A program made the position numbers and the translations under genes. Positions 48,751 through 59,265 of a DNA stretch of 64,000 nt are shown here, piece after piece. Where the stretch lies: assembly GCA_964497315.1 (NCBI GenBank), contig CAZCCH010000005.1, positions 1,885-65,884 of the forward strand, in the 5' to 3' direction. The DNA is from an uncultured Planctomycetia bacterium (GTDB taxonomy: Bacteria; Omnitrophota; Gorgyraeia; Taenaricolales; CAZCCH01). The notes beneath the pieces are model-generated. The model searched no databases, was not told where the DNA came from, and was given only the letters and a program-made list of their open reading frames with translations. The first letter of the stretch is position 1; every line of letters begins with the position of its first letter.

Positions 48751-49298
48751 GGGTAATAGCTGGTAAATTTAAAGGCAGGCGCCTTAAGATGCCTAAAGGC
48801 ATAAAGGTTAGAGTGACTAAAGATCGTATAAAGGAATCATTATTTCAAATATTAGACAAGAAAATAGAAGGCAAAGACATCTTAGATCTTTTTGCAGGAA
48901 GCGGAAGCCTTGGTATAGAAGCGCTATCAAGAGGGGCAAAATCAGTCACCTTTGTAGAAACCAACCCCAAGTGCATTAAGGCTATAAGAGAAACTCTGAC
49001 CCAACTGGATATTAAAGGCTCTAACCTCTTAAGGATGGATGCATTTGATTCTATAAGGTATTTTGCTGGTAATAATATTAAATTTGATATAATATTACTA
49101 GATCCCCCATATTATAAGAAATTAGGTAAAAAAGTCTTGAATAAACTTGAGAGATATGATATACTTAAAAACCTCGCTTTTGTGGTCATTGAACATTCCA
49201 AGGGCGATTTACTGCCTTCGGAGACAGCAAATATGACCATTATAGGAAATTACAAGTACTCTGATATAGTGATATCTATTTACAAGAGAGGCAAATGA
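48747..49298 (+). CDS. rsmD: 16S rRNA (guanine966-N2)-methyltransferase
   Basis: MRVIAGKFKGRRL, DLFAGSGSLGIEALSRGA and LDPPY. Confidence 0.8.
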   Translation: MRVIAGKFKGRRLKMPKGIKVRVTKDRIKESLFQILDKKIEGKDILDLFAGSGSLGIEALSRGAKSVTFVETNPKCIKAIRETLTQLDIKGSNLLRMDAFDSIRYFAGNNIKFDIILLDPPYYKKLGKKVLNKLERYDILKNLAFVVIEHSKGDLLPSETANMTIIGNYKYSDIVISIYKRGK

Positions 49299-49783
49299 TG
49301 AAAAAACGGGCAATTTATCCTGGAAGTTTTGACCCAGTTACATATGGCCATATAGATGTAATAAAAAGGGCTTCCCAAATATTTAAAGAGGTAATAGTGG
49401 CAGTTGCTGCTAACACCCAAAAGAACCCTTTGTTTTCAGCAAGAGAAAGAGTTGCTATGTTAAAGGAGGCCACAAAGGATATTGAGGGTATCAGTGTGGA
49501 TAGCTTTGATGGATTGGCCGTAGAATATGTTAAGGCAAAACAGGCCAAGGTTATGATAAGAGGCCTAAGGATGATTTCCGATTTTGAATATGAATTTCAG
49601 ATGGCCCTAACAAATAGAAAACTGGACGATTCCATAGAGACGATTTTCATGATGCCTAGCCCGGAATACTCCTTTATATCTTCCAAGCTGATAAAAGAGG
49701 CAGCGTCCCTCGGTGCTGATACGAGTGGTTTTGTACCTAAATTTGTAGAAAAGGCCTTGCACTCCCGCCTGAAAGATAAATGA
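49295..49783 (+). CDS. coaD: Phosphopantetheine adenylyltransferase
   Basis: AIYPGSFDPVTYGHIDVIKRA (the HxGH motif). Confidence 0.9.
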   Translation: MMKKRAIYPGSFDPVTYGHIDVIKRASQIFKEVIVAVAANTQKNPLFSARERVAMLKEATKDIEGISVDSFDGLAVEYVKAKQAKVMIRGLRMISDFEYEFQMALTNRKLDDSIETIFMMPSPEYSFISSKLIKEAASLGADTSGFVPKFVEKALHSRLKDK

Positions 49784-49814
49784 CTAATAGCAAAATTTAA
49801 CCTTTTGGAAAACA

Positions 49815-50810
49815 ATGGATAAACGGTTAGAAAAAATTTATAAAAAGGCAAAAGCAAATAAGCGCCGCATAGTTTTACCCGAAGGTAATGACCCTAGAAT
49901 AATACAGGCTGCAGGCAAAATTGCCCAAGAGGCTCTTGCTGAACCAATTATTTTAGGAGAAAAGAAGTTTATCTTAAAAGAACTGGCCAAATTTTCTCTT
50001 AAACCAAAGGGAATTAATATCATTGATTATAAAAAACACCTATGGTTTAAAAAATTTAGTCAAGAATATTTTACCCTTAGAAAACACAAGGGCATAAATT
50101 TAACCCAGGCAAAAGAAATTTTAATATCTAATCCGGCTTGTTTTGCAGCCATGATGGTCAGAAACAAAAAGGCCGATGGTTTTGTTGCAGGGGCTAGACT
50201 TACCACAAGAAACGTTGCCAAGGCAGCCATTCAGTGTATCGGGGTAGATAAAAAAATAGGAATAATATCCAGTTCTTTTCTGATGCTTTTTTCAAATACG
50301 ACTTTTGGCAAAGACGGCCTTATGGTATTTTCTGACTGCGCTATACTGCCAAATCCGTCGGCAAAACAACTTGCAAAAATCGCTATTTGTTCAGCAGAGC
50401 TTTTTTATAAACTATTTTCTCACCGCCCGAGGGTTGCCATGCTTAGTTACTCAAGCCGTGGCAGTGGGGTTGGGCCATTGGTTGAAAAGGTAAGAGAGGC
50501 AACAAAACTAGCAAAAAAAGAAGTACCAAAACTTTTGATAGAAGGAGAAATCCAAGCCGATACTGCGATAGTTCCAGAAATAGCAAAGCTAAAATGGCCC
50601 AATAGCAAGATTAAAGGCAGGGCGAATGTATTGGTATTTCCAGATTTGAATTCTGGTAACATTGCATATAAATTATCCCAGAGGTTATCCAATGCCTTAG
50701 CTTTAGGACCCTTACTTCAGGGATTAAATAACCCATGTAGTGATTTATCGCGTGGCTGTAGTGTTAAAGAAATAGTTAATACAGTGGCTATAACAGCTGT
50801 TAGGTGTTAG
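49815..50810 (+). CDS. pta: Phosphate acetyltransferase (short form)
   Basis: A 331-aa PTA_PTB-domain protein immediately upstream of ackA. Confidence 0.7.
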   Translation: MDKRLEKIYKKAKANKRRIVLPEGNDPRIIQAAGKIAQEALAEPIILGEKKFILKELAKFSLKPKGINIIDYKKHLWFKKFSQEYFTLRKHKGINLTQAKEILISNPACFAAMMVRNKKADGFVAGARLTTRNVAKAAIQCIGVDKKIGIISSSFLMLFSNTTFGKDGLMVFSDCAILPNPSAKQLAKIAICSAELFYKLFSHRPRVAMLSYSSRGSGVGPLVEKVREATKLAKKEVPKLLIEGEIQADTAIVPEIAKLKWPNSKIKGRANVLVFPDLNSGNIAYKLSQRLSNALALGPLLQGLNNPCSDLSRGCSVKEIVNTVAITAVRC

Positions 50811-50811
50811 A

Positions 50812-51954
50812 ATGCGCATACTAGTTATAAATTCAGGAAGTTCGTCTATAAAATATCAAGTTTTCAATATGCCCAAGACTCAACTTTTGTGTAAGGGCAT
50901 GATTGAAAGAATTGGCTCAAACGCACGTCTTTCTCATAAAGAGGGTGATAAAAAAGCTCTAGAGAAAAGGGTTGAAGCCAAGACTCACAAAACTGCCACA
51001 AGGATATTGCTTGAGGTGCTTACTGATTCTAATTATGGAGTTATGCGCTCCATTGAGGATATCGGTGCAATAGGCCATAGGGTTGTGCATGGGGGTGAAG
51101 ACTTTACAGAATCAACAATAATTGATACTACGGTTTTTAAGTACATTAAAAAACATAACGAACTTGCTCCATTACACAATCCACCCGCACTTTCTGTAAT
51201 AAAGGCCTGCAAGGAACTCCTGCCGGATATTAAGCAGGTGGCGGTGTTTGATACAGCGTTCTATCAGACGATGCCGGCCCATGCTTATCTGTATGCCTTG
51301 CCGCTTAAATTTTACAAAAAATATAAGATTAGAAAATACGGGTTTCATGGTACAAGCCATCGCTATGTAGCATTGCAGGCCAGCAAGCGCCTTAAAAAAC
51401 CACTTGAGGAATTGAAACTTATTACTTGCCACCTTGGCAATGGATGTAGCATTACAGCTACTGATGAAGGCAATGCAGTTGATACCTCTATGGGTTTTAC
51501 GCCTCTTGAAGGGTTGGTTATGGGTACAAGGGCTGGAGACATAGACCCGGCTATTGTGTTTTTTTTAATGGAAAAAGAAAAATTAGGCAGTAAGGCCATA
51601 AGCGAACTTTTAAATAAAGAAAGCGGACTCCTGGGGCTTTCAGGAGTAAGCAATGATATGCGGGATATAAAAAAAGAGGCAAGGCGTTCAAACGATAGGG
51701 CGAAATTAGCTATAGACGTGTTCATTTACAGAATTAAAAAATATATAGGTGCATACATTGCTGCTATGAATGGAGCAGATGCAATCATTTTAACAGCAGG
51801 CATCGGAGAAAACCACCCGTTTATTAAAAAAACAATTGCAACTGAGCTTTCAGTTTTGATTAAAAAACTTGGTATTAAACTTTTGATCATCCCCACCGAC
51901 GAAGAATTGCTGATCGCGCATGATACATACGGCATTATAAAGACCAAGAAGTAA
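50812..51954 (+). CDS. ackA: Acetate kinase
   Basis: MRILVINSGSSSIKYQVF and GFHGTSHRYV. Confidence 0.85.
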   Translation: MRILVINSGSSSIKYQVFNMPKTQLLCKGMIERIGSNARLSHKEGDKKALEKRVEAKTHKTATRILLEVLTDSNYGVMRSIEDIGAIGHRVVHGGEDFTESTIIDTTVFKYIKKHNELAPLHNPPALSVIKACKELLPDIKQVAVFDTAFYQTMPAHAYLYALPLKFYKKYKIRKYGFHGTSHRYVALQASKRLKKPLEELKLITCHLGNGCSITATDEGNAVDTSMGFTPLEGLVMGTRAGDIDPAIVFFLMEKEKLGSKAISELLNKESGLLGLSGVSNDMRDIKKEARRSNDRAKLAIDVFIYRIKKYIGAYIAAMNGADAIILTAGIGENHPFIKKTIATELSVLIKKLGIKLLIIPTDEELLIAHDTYGIIKTKK

Positions 51955-51992
51955 GAAATAAAAAGTTCTAGAATTTCAAGGAGGCACCAAAG

Positions 51993-52190
51993 ATGTCATT
52001 ACCAAAAAGAAGACATTCAAACACAAGGCAGGCAAAAAGAAGGACTCATTGGAAGTTGAAAGATCCAAACCTTGGAAAATGCACAGAGTGCGGAAACCTG
52101 AGGCTACCACATAAGATTTGTCCATATTGCGGCTATTATAAAGGCAAGAAGATTTTGACTATTAAAGAAAAAAAGAAAAAGCAGAAATAA
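51993..52190 (+). CDS. rpmF: 50S ribosomal protein L32
   Basis: LPKRRHSNTRQAKRRTHWKL and a Cys4 zinc ribbon. Confidence 0.85.
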   Translation: MSLPKRRHSNTRQAKRRTHWKLKDPNLGKCTECGNLRLPHKICPYCGYYKGKKILTIKEKKKKQK

Positions 52191-52204
52191 GAGGAAATTA
52201 GTAT

Positions 52205-53206
52205 ATGAGGATAGCTATTGATGGCATGGGTGGAGATCACGCACCTTCTGTAGTAGTTGAGGGAGCCATAGCCGCATGCAAAGAATATGGTTTTGAAATA
52301 GTTATAGTAGGCCAGCAAGAAAAGATAGAGGCAGAGCTTGGGAAAATTAAATATAGAGGTTCAAAGGTTGAAATCTGCCATGCTTCAGAAGTGATAGATA
52401 TGCATGAGCTGCCTGTTGCAAGCGTAAGAAAGAAAAAAGACTCATCCATAAATAAATTAGTTGAACTTGCCAAAAACAAAAAGGTAGATGCTATATTGTC
52501 AGCTGGTAATACCGGGGCTGTGGTTTGCGCAACGACCTTAGGACTAAGACTCCTAGAGGGCGTTGAAAGACCCGGCATAGCCATTGTCTATAGAGGTCTT
52601 GAAGGCATATCTATGATAATTGATATAGGTGCAAACGTAAATGCAAAACCCTCACACCTCTTGCAATATGCACTTATGGGTGATGCATATTCTAGGTATA
52701 TATTAAAGAAAGAAAATCCCAAGATAGGACTTTTAAATGTAGGAGAAGAAGCTGCAAAAGGACCTGAGTTTATAAAAGAAACACACAGACTCCTAAGTTC
52801 AACTAACTTGAATTTTATCGGTAACACAGAAGGCGATGAATTATTTAATGGTAAGATAGATGTAATCGTATGCGATGGTTTTATAGGAAATGCCGTGCTG
52901 AAGGTTTCAGAGGGAATTGCTGAAGCGTTCTCTGAATTATTGCACAGAAAACTTTCTGAGAATTTATTAACTAAATTTGGAGCCCTCCTTTCTATGCCAG
53001 CCTTTAAGGCATTAAAAAAAGAAGTAGATTATGCAGAGTACGGAGGTGCACCACTATTAGGAGTTGACGGTATCTGTATAATTGGCCATGGCCGCTCTAA
53101 TTCTAAAGCCATAAAAAATGCCATTAGGGCAGCCGGAGAATCTGCAACTCAACATGTAAATCAACATATTATAGAGGCAATAGCATGCAAAAAAGAATTG
53201 GCGTAA
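52205..53206 (+). CDS. plsX: Phosphate acyltransferase
   Basis: MRIAIDGMGGDHAP. Confidence 0.9.
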   Translation: MRIAIDGMGGDHAPSVVVEGAIAACKEYGFEIVIVGQQEKIEAELGKIKYRGSKVEICHASEVIDMHELPVASVRKKKDSSINKLVELAKNKKVDAILSAGNTGAVVCATTLGLRLLEGVERPGIAIVYRGLEGISMIIDIGANVNAKPSHLLQYALMGDAYSRYILKKENPKIGLLNVGEEAAKGPEFIKETHRLLSSTNLNFIGNTEGDELFNGKIDVIVCDGFIGNAVLKVSEGIAEAFSELLHRKLSENLLTKFGALLSMPAFKALKKEVDYAEYGGAPLLGVDGICIIGHGRSNSKAIKNAIRAAGESATQHVNQHIIEAIACKKELA

Positions 53207-54165
53207 TAGGTGTAGGTGCATACCTGCCAGAGAAAATTCTCACAAATGCTGACCTAGAGAAGATGGTAGACACATCCGATGAGTGGATTATGACCAGGAC
53301 AGGCATAAAACAGCGCAGGATTGCAGCAAGTGATGTGGCTACCAGTGATTTAGCTGCTGAGGCTGCTAAGCGAGCACTGGAAAATGCCAATATTAAGCCT
53401 GAAGATATAGATTTGATTTTGGTAGCCACCATAACAGGTGATATGCCTTTTCCTTCAACCGCCTGCCTTGTACAATCCAAGATAGGAGCAAAGAACGCAG
53501 CATGTTTTGATGTATCGGCTGCCTGCGCAGGTTATATATACGCATTGTCAATTGCCAAGGAGTTTATATCTTCAGGACAGTACAAAAATGCATTGGTTAT
53601 AGGCGCTGAGAAGTTGTCTTCCATAACAGACTGGTCAGACAGGGGTACCTGTGTGCTTTTTGGAGATGGTGCTGGCGCTTCTCTTGTGGCGCCGGTTGAG
53701 TCGGGCGGCATTATATCTACGTATTTAGGTAGCGATGGAAACCAGGCAGAACTTTTAAAGGTCCCAGCAGGTGGTTCGCGTATGCCTGCCAGTGCCAAGA
53801 CAGTAAAAGAAGGCCTTCATTATCTTAAAATGAGCGGCAATGAGGTATTTAAGCATGCAGTAAAGATTATGGTAAATTCTGCCAAGAAGGCCATAGAGCA
53901 GGCAGGCATTGAATATAATGAGGTGAGTTTATTTATCCCGCATCAAGCGAATATAAGGATATTGAATGCGATTGCCAAAAGGCTTGAGATACCCGATGAA
54001 AAATTATACCTTAATATAGAAAGATACGGCAATATGTCAAGCGCCTCTACCGCAGTGGCCTTTAGCGAAGCAGTAAAAGAAGGCAGGATTAAAGAAAAGG
54101 ACTATGTGGTATTAGTTGCCTTTGGTTCAGGCCTTACTTGGGGTGCAAACGTTATACAATGGTGA
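53185..54165 (+). CDS. fabH: 3-oxoacyl-ACP synthase III
   Basis: Active-site Cys in AACFDVSAACAGYIYAL and the GNMSSAS motif. Confidence 0.85.
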   Translation: MQKRIGVIGVGAYLPEKILTNADLEKMVDTSDEWIMTRTGIKQRRIAASDVATSDLAAEAAKRALENANIKPEDIDLILVATITGDMPFPSTACLVQSKIGAKNAACFDVSAACAGYIYALSIAKEFISSGQYKNALVIGAEKLSSITDWSDRGTCVLFGDGAGASLVAPVESGGIISTYLGSDGNQAELLKVPAGGSRMPASAKTVKEGLHYLKMSGNEVFKHAVKIMVNSAKKAIEQAGIEYNEVSLFIPHQANIRILNAIAKRLEIPDEKLYLNIERYGNMSSASTAVAFSEAVKEGRIKEKDYVVLVAFGSGLTWGANVIQW

Positions 54166-54169
54166 AATT

Positions 54170-55156
54170 ATGGAAAAAATAGGTTATATATTTCCAGGAC
54201 AAGGAGTCCAGTATGTAGGCATGGGCAAGGATTTGTATGAAAATTTTGAATCCGCTAGATCAGTTTTTGATAAAGCGAACAAGATTTTGGATATAGACAT
54301 AAAGAAGTTTTGCTTTGAAGGCCCACAAGAGCAACTCGGCCGGACAGACATAAGTCAGCCTGCAATATTAACAACTAGTATTGCAGCCTTGAGAGTTCTA
54401 GAAAAAGAAATTCCTAATTTTACCGCTATACCGCCAAGGACATCTGGCAATGGAGATCTGGCTCAGTCAGATGTTGCTGCAGTTGCTGGTTTGAGCCTGG
54501 GTGAGTATACGGCTTTAGTGGCAGTAGGCTCAATTAGTTTTGAAGACGCCATTAGTTTAGTCAGAAAGCGCGGTCAATTCATGGAAGAGGCCTCCAGAAA
54601 AAAACCCGGGGGCATGCTTTCAATAATCGGACTTCCCAAAGATGAGGTAGAGAATCTTTGCCGACAGACCGGCACTCAGATAGCTAATTTGAATTGCCCT
54701 GGTCAAATTGTTATATCCGGGATGTTAGGAGGTATATCTACGGTTTATGAACTTATTAGGTTAAAAGGAGCTAAGCGCGTTGTAAGATTAGGGGTTAGCG
54801 GTCCCTTTCATTCTAGATTTATGGATTACGCCAGTAAAAAATTGAGAATTGAATTAGAGGCTGTTGAGATTCTACCTCCCAGCCTTCCAGTGATAGCAAA
54901 TGTTACGGCAAAGGCTCAGGCAGAACCTCAGATTATACGAGAGAACCTCATAAACCAGGTAAATCACTCTGTGTTGTGGGAGGAAGCTGTGCGGTTAATG
55001 GCTTCAGATGGTATTATAACATTTTTAGAAATCGGACCTGGAAAGGTTTTAAAGGGACTCTTGCGCAAAATTGACCCGAACTTGAAAGTCTTAAATATCG
55101 GCACTGTAGCTGATGTTGAAAAATTAAAGACGCAGATGAGTCAAGGAGGGAGCTAA
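54170..55156 (+). CDS. fabD: Malonyl-CoA:ACP transacylase
   Basis: FPGQGVQYVGMGKDL and GLSLGEYTAL (active Ser). The start is set at the ATG after the fabH stop. Confidence 0.85.
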   Translation: MEKIGYIFPGQGVQYVGMGKDLYENFESARSVFDKANKILDIDIKKFCFEGPQEQLGRTDISQPAILTTSIAALRVLEKEIPNFTAIPPRTSGNGDLAQSDVAAVAGLSLGEYTALVAVGSISFEDAISLVRKRGQFMEEASRKKPGGMLSIIGLPKDEVENLCRQTGTQIANLNCPGQIVISGMLGGISTVYELIRLKGAKRVVRLGVSGPFHSRFMDYASKKLRIELEAVEILPPSLPVIANVTAKAQAEPQIIRENLINQVNHSVLWEEAVRLMASDGIITFLEIGPGKVLKGLLRKIDPNLKVLNIGTVADVEKLKTQMSQGGS

Positions 55157-55897
55157 ATGTTAGTAAAGGATAAGCTGGTCTTTATAACAGGCGGTGCAAG
55201 GGGCATAGGCAGAGAAATCGCCCTAGCCTTTGCAAAAGAAGGGGCTGATGTGGCAGTTTGCGATGTGAATGAAGAGGCCCTAAGTGAAGTTCAAAATCAA
55301 ATAGAGGAGTTTAGTCGTAAAGCGCTTATATTAAAGGTAGACGTGACAGATTTAGGACAAGTCGAGGCTTGTACCAATAAAATTCTTGACAAATTCGGAA
55401 AAATTGATATACTAATCAACAATGCGGGCATAACTAGGGATTCATTGCTGCTTAAAATGAGTCCGCAGGATTGGGATGCGGTTTTAGATGTAAATCTAAA
55501 AGGCACATTTAATTGTACAAAGAGCGTTTCTAAACACATGATTAAGCAACGTGCCGGAAGGATTGTAAATATCGCATCTATTATAGGCCTTATGGGTAAC
55601 CCCGGGCAGGCCAATTATGCCGCTAGTAAGGCCGGTATAATAGGTTTTACAAAGACAATAGCTAAAGAACTGGCCAGAAGAAATATAAACGTAAACGCCA
55701 TCGCACCAGGATTTATACAGACAGATATGACAGCAGCTCTTCCAGAGGGCGTGAAGCAAAAGATGTTAGAAAGTATCCCGCTTGGAAGATTTGGAGAGGT
55801 TGCAGAAGTTGCAAAAATCGCCCTATTTTTATCATCAGGGCCTTCAGATTATATAACTGGCCAGGTTATACAAGTAGATGGCGGATTGCTTATGTGA
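55157..55897 (+). CDS. fabG: 3-oxoacyl-ACP reductase
   Basis: TGGARGIGREIA and YAASKAGIIGFTK (SDR motifs). Confidence 0.85.
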   Translation: MLVKDKLVFITGGARGIGREIALAFAKEGADVAVCDVNEEALSEVQNQIEEFSRKALILKVDVTDLGQVEACTNKILDKFGKIDILINNAGITRDSLLLKMSPQDWDAVLDVNLKGTFNCTKSVSKHMIKQRAGRIVNIASIIGLMGNPGQANYAASKAGIIGFTKTIAKELARRNINVNAIAPGFIQTDMTAALPEGVKQKMLESIPLGRFGEVAEVAKIALFLSSGPSDYITGQVIQVDGGLLM

Positions 55898-55915
55898 AAG
55901 AAGGAGGAATGAAAT

Positions 55916-56155
55916 ATGGCAGCTGAAGAGAAGATTAAATCTATAATATCTGAACAGCTTGGCGTAAAACCAGAAGAAGTTACACCTAATGCATCTTTTA
56001 TTGATGATTTGGGTGCAGATTCCCTAGATACTGTAGAGCTGGTTATGGCGCTTGAAGAAGAATTTGGCATTGAGATACCAGATGAAGATGCAGAGAAGAT
56101 GACCAGCGTTGGGGATGCTATCAAGTACATAGAAGAAAAGTCAGCAAGCAAGTAA
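55916..56155 (+). CDS. acpP: Acyl carrier protein
   Basis: [20 protein letters not shown]. Confidence 0.9.
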   Translation: MAAEEKIKSIISEQLGVKPEEVTPNASFIDDLGADSLDTVELVMALEEEFGIEIPDEDAEKMTSVGDAIKYIEEKSASK

Positions 56156-56214
56156 GGGCTGACCATTCCTTCCTTTTTGTAAGCTCTTAATTTGATTTAA
56201 ATAGAATAAATATA

Positions 56215-56240
56215 CATCGCCCCAAAAGTTTGGGGCGATG
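56215..56240 (+). promoter_or_regulatory. Strong stem-loop between acpP and fabF. It may be a partial terminator or an mRNA processing element.
   Basis: CATCGCCCCAAA-ag-TTTGGGGCGATG is a perfect inverted repeat. Confidence 0.5.
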
Positions 56241-56270
56241 CTGTCTTATCGCGAGGATAGTTTAGTTATT

Positions 56271-57506
56271 ATGAAAAAACGTGTAGTTATTACAGGAATT
56301 GGGGTTATATCCCCAATCGGAAACAGCAAGGATGCGTTTTGGAAGTCTCTTCTTGAAGGAAAAAGTGGAGTAGACAAGCTTACCTGCTTTGATGCCAGTG
56401 AATTTAGCTCTCAGATAGCAGCAGAGGTTAGAGATTTCGATCCAAGCTTATTTATAGCCCCTAAGCAAATAAGAAGAATGGATAGATTTGTGCAGTTTGC
56501 AGTAAGTGCTGCAAAGATGGCTGCACAAGATAGCGGGATTGATATATCAAAGGAAGACCCATATAGGGTAGGAACCGTACTTGGTTCAGGGATAGGTGGT
56601 TTACATACTATTGAAAACCAGGTAAATGTATATCGCGACAAAGGTCCTTCTAGATTATCTCCATTTTTAATCCCGATGCTTATTGTAAATATGGCGCCAG
56701 GGCAGGTCTCAATAGATTTAGGCCTTAAAGGGCCAAATAGCTGTGTTGCAACAGCATGTGCCTCAGGAAACCATGCTATAGGAGATGCCTTTAGAATAAT
56801 CCAGAGAGGCCAAGCAGATGCGATGGTGACAGGAGGTACGGAAGGCTGTATTACCCCTGTAGGTTTTGGTGGGTTTTGTGCAGCCAAGGCATTATCAACA
56901 CGCAACGATGACCCACAGCATGCCAGCAGGCCATTTGACAGAGATAGGGATGGTTTTGTAATGGGCGAAGGTGCGGGATTAATTATATTAGAGGAATTAG
57001 AACACGCAAAGAAAAGAGGTGCCAATATCTATGCTGAGATAATAGGCTATGGCATGACATCAGATGCATATCACATGACAGCGCCCCACCCAGATGGAGA
57101 AGGTGCTACTAAGGCCATGCAATATGCCCTAGAAGATGCTGCCATAAACCCAGAAGATGTGGACTATGTAAATGCCCATGGAACCTCAACTAAACTTAAT
57201 GACAAAATTGAGACGATGGCAATAAAGAAAGTGTTTGGCGATCATGCCTATAAACTTGCCATTAGTTCTACTAAGTCTATGACAGGACACCTGTTAGGTG
57301 CAGCTGGAGGTGTTGAGGCAATAGCTAGTTGTTTAACTATAAAAGAGGGATTAATAGCCCCTACAGTAAATTACGAAAATAAAGATCCTGACTGTGATTT
57401 GGACTATGTGCCAAATAAGACAAGGGAAGCCAAGGTAAATATAGCTATTTCAAACTCCCTGGGTTTTGGCGGTCACAACGCAACAATTGTCCTACAAAGG
57501 AGTTAG
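56271..57506 (+). CDS. fabF: 3-oxoacyl-ACP synthase II
   Basis: [17 protein letters not shown], active Cys in ATACASG, and the HGTST and NSLGFGGHN motifs. The start is set at the internal ATG downstream of the hairpin. Confidence 0.85.
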   Translation: MKKRVVITGIGVISPIGNSKDAFWKSLLEGKSGVDKLTCFDASEFSSQIAAEVRDFDPSLFIAPKQIRRMDRFVQFAVSAAKMAAQDSGIDISKEDPYRVGTVLGSGIGGLHTIENQVNVYRDKGPSRLSPFLIPMLIVNMAPGQVSIDLGLKGPNSCVATACASGNHAIGDAFRIIQRGQADAMVTGGTEGCITPVGFGGFCAAKALSTRNDDPQHASRPFDRDRDGFVMGEGAGLIILEELEHAKKRGANIYAEIIGYGMTSDAYHMTAPHPDGEGATKAMQYALEDAAINPEDVDYVNAHGTSTKLNDKIETMAIKKVFGDHAYKLAISSTKSMTGHLLGAAGGVEAIASCLTIKEGLIAPTVNYENKDPDCDLDYVPNKTREAKVNIAISNSLGFGGHNATIVLQRS

Positions 57507-57516
57507 AAATTTCCTC

Positions 57517-57545
57517 TTGACAAGCCAATGTCATTATAGTATATT
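57517..57545 (+). promoter_or_regulatory. Sigma70-type promoter of the rimP-nusA-infB operon
   Basis: TTGACA, 17-nt spacer, TATATT, followed by ATAATT. Confidence 0.55.
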
Positions 57546-57580
57546 ATAATTCAGCACAAATCTATTTTGAAAGGAGGAAG

Positions 57581-57606
57581 TGGGTATTTAATACCCATTT
57601 TTTTTT
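57581..57606 (+). terminator. Intrinsic terminator or attenuator hairpin in the rimP-nusA leader
   Basis: TGGGTAT-tta-ATACCCA followed by 9 T. Confidence 0.6.
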
Positions 57607-57613
57607 GGACTAG

Positions 57614-58078
57614 ATGGTCAATGAGGAATTGAGCCAGAAGATAAGGCAGTTAATAGACCCCATCCTTAAAGAATACTCCGTTGAAGTGGTTGAATTTATC
57701 TATAGAAGAGAAGGTAGCAAGATGGCCTTGCGGCTTCTTGCAGATAAACTTGGTGGTATTACCTTAGAAGATTGCAGCCAGCTAAATCAAAGAATAGGAA
57801 CTTTATTAGATGAGGCTGATTTAATACAGGAAAGATATTTCTTGGAGGTTTCCTCTCCAGGATTAGATAGACCTCTTGCAACAAAGCGGGATTTTCAACG
57901 TAACATAGGACGATTGGTTAGAATGACTGTAGTTGGTCCCTCAGAGAAAAACATTACCCTTGCAGGGAAGATAAAGAACGTAGATATTGATAGCGTTGAA
58001 GTAGAAACCAAAAAGGGTTTGCTAAAGGTCGTAAAATTAGACCAAATTATGAAAGCTAAGCTGGAGATTAAGCCATGA
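57614..58078 (+). CDS. rimP: Ribosome maturation factor RimP
   Basis: IDPILKEYSVEVVEFIY...LEVSSPGLDRPL. Confidence 0.8.
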   Translation: MVNEELSQKIRQLIDPILKEYSVEVVEFIYRREGSKMALRLLADKLGGITLEDCSQLNQRIGTLLDEADLIQERYFLEVSSPGLDRPLATKRDFQRNIGRLVRMTVVGPSEKNITLAGKIKNVDIDSVEVETKKGLLKVVKLDQIMKAKLEIKP

Positions 58079-59262
58079 ACGGAGAATTATTAAGCGTATT
58101 AGATCACATAGAAAGAGAAAAAGGCATTAAGCGGGAGATTTTAATAGCCGCTGTCGAGTCAGCCCTTATATCAGCTGCCAGGAAGGCTTCTAATGCCAAT
58201 GTAGAAGACATTTCCGTGAAGATAGACCCAAAGACCGGAGACATCAAGGTCTTGTCCGGAGAAAAGGAGGTTCCTTCTGGAGATTTTGGCAGGATTGCTG
58301 CTCAAACTGCTAAACAGGTAATAATCCAAAAGATAAGAGAGGCTGAAAGGGATGTTATATATACAGACTTCCAGCAGAGGATGGGTCACCTTGTAACTGG
58401 CACAGTGCACAGATTTGAAAGGGGTAATATTGTTATAGACTTAGGAAAATCTGAAGCCATTATTCCTAAAAAAGAACAGGTGGCAAAAGAAAAATACAAA
58501 CAAGGTGAAAGAGTTAGAGGTTATGTGATAGATGTGAAAAAGGGCGGCAAAGAACCACAGGTAATACTTTCCAGAGTGCATCCAGGTCTTGTAAAAAGAC
58601 TGTTTGAGTTGGAGGTTCCAGAGATATCTGAGGGAATCGTTGAAATTAAGGCTATCGCAAGAGAAGCTGGGGACAGAACGAAAATAGCTGTTTGGTCAAA
58701 AGATGAAAAGGTAGACTGCGTAGGTGCTTGTGTAGGTATGAGGGGCACACGCGTTAAGGATATAGTTAGAGAAATGCACAATGAAAAAATAGACATAGTT
58801 AAATGGAGCGAGGATATTACAGAATACGTTACCGCTGCTTTAAGTCCGGCTAAGATCAGCAAGACAAAAACCGATAAAGAAAACAAAAAGGTTCAAGTTT
58901 TAGTAGATGAAGATCAATTGTCTCTAGCCATTGGGAAGAGGGGGCAGAATGTGCGGCTTGCAGTGAAACTGACGGGTTGGGATATAGACATAAAGCCAAA
59001 GTCAGCTTTAGTGGAAAAGGTTGAGGTTTCCGTAGCCCAGTTGCCCAGAATAGGCCCTAAGACATACGAGGCGTTAGTCAAGGCAGGTTTTGCTACCGTA
59101 GAAAAAATTGCAAAGGCAGATGCAAAAGAACTAACACAGATACCGGGTGTTGGCAAGAAAAGTGCGCAAAATCTTATTGAGGCGGCCAAGGAAAAATTAA
59201 AAGAACCTCCAACCAAGAAAGAAAAGAAATCCAAATCGGAAAAAACCAAGGAGGCAAATTAA
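58075..59262 (+). CDS. nusA: Transcription termination/antitermination factor NusA
   Basis: An N-terminal NusA domain, an S1 region and KH domains (AIGKRGQNVRLA), with a C-terminal HhH motif. Confidence 0.9.
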   Translation: MNGELLSVLDHIEREKGIKREILIAAVESALISAARKASNANVEDISVKIDPKTGDIKVLSGEKEVPSGDFGRIAAQTAKQVIIQKIREAERDVIYTDFQQRMGHLVTGTVHRFERGNIVIDLGKSEAIIPKKEQVAKEKYKQGERVRGYVIDVKKGGKEPQVILSRVHPGLVKRLFELEVPEISEGIVEIKAIAREAGDRTKIAVWSKDEKVDCVGACVGMRGTRVKDIVREMHNEKIDIVKWSEDITEYVTAALSPAKISKTKTDKENKKVQVLVDEDQLSLAIGKRGQNVRLAVKLTGWDIDIKPKSALVEKVEVSVAQLPRIGPKTYEALVKAGFATVEKIAKADAKELTQIPGVGKKSAQNLIEAAKEKLKEPPTKKEKKSKSEKTKEAN

Positions 59263-59265
59263 AAA

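Noticed and set aside
57571-57591. SD-like AAGGAGG followed by a mini-ORF GTG-GGT-ATT-TAA overlapping the leader hairpin.
   Set aside because: The SD-to-start spacing is only 2 nt and the ORF is 3 codons. It is more likely coincidental sequence within the attenuator stem.
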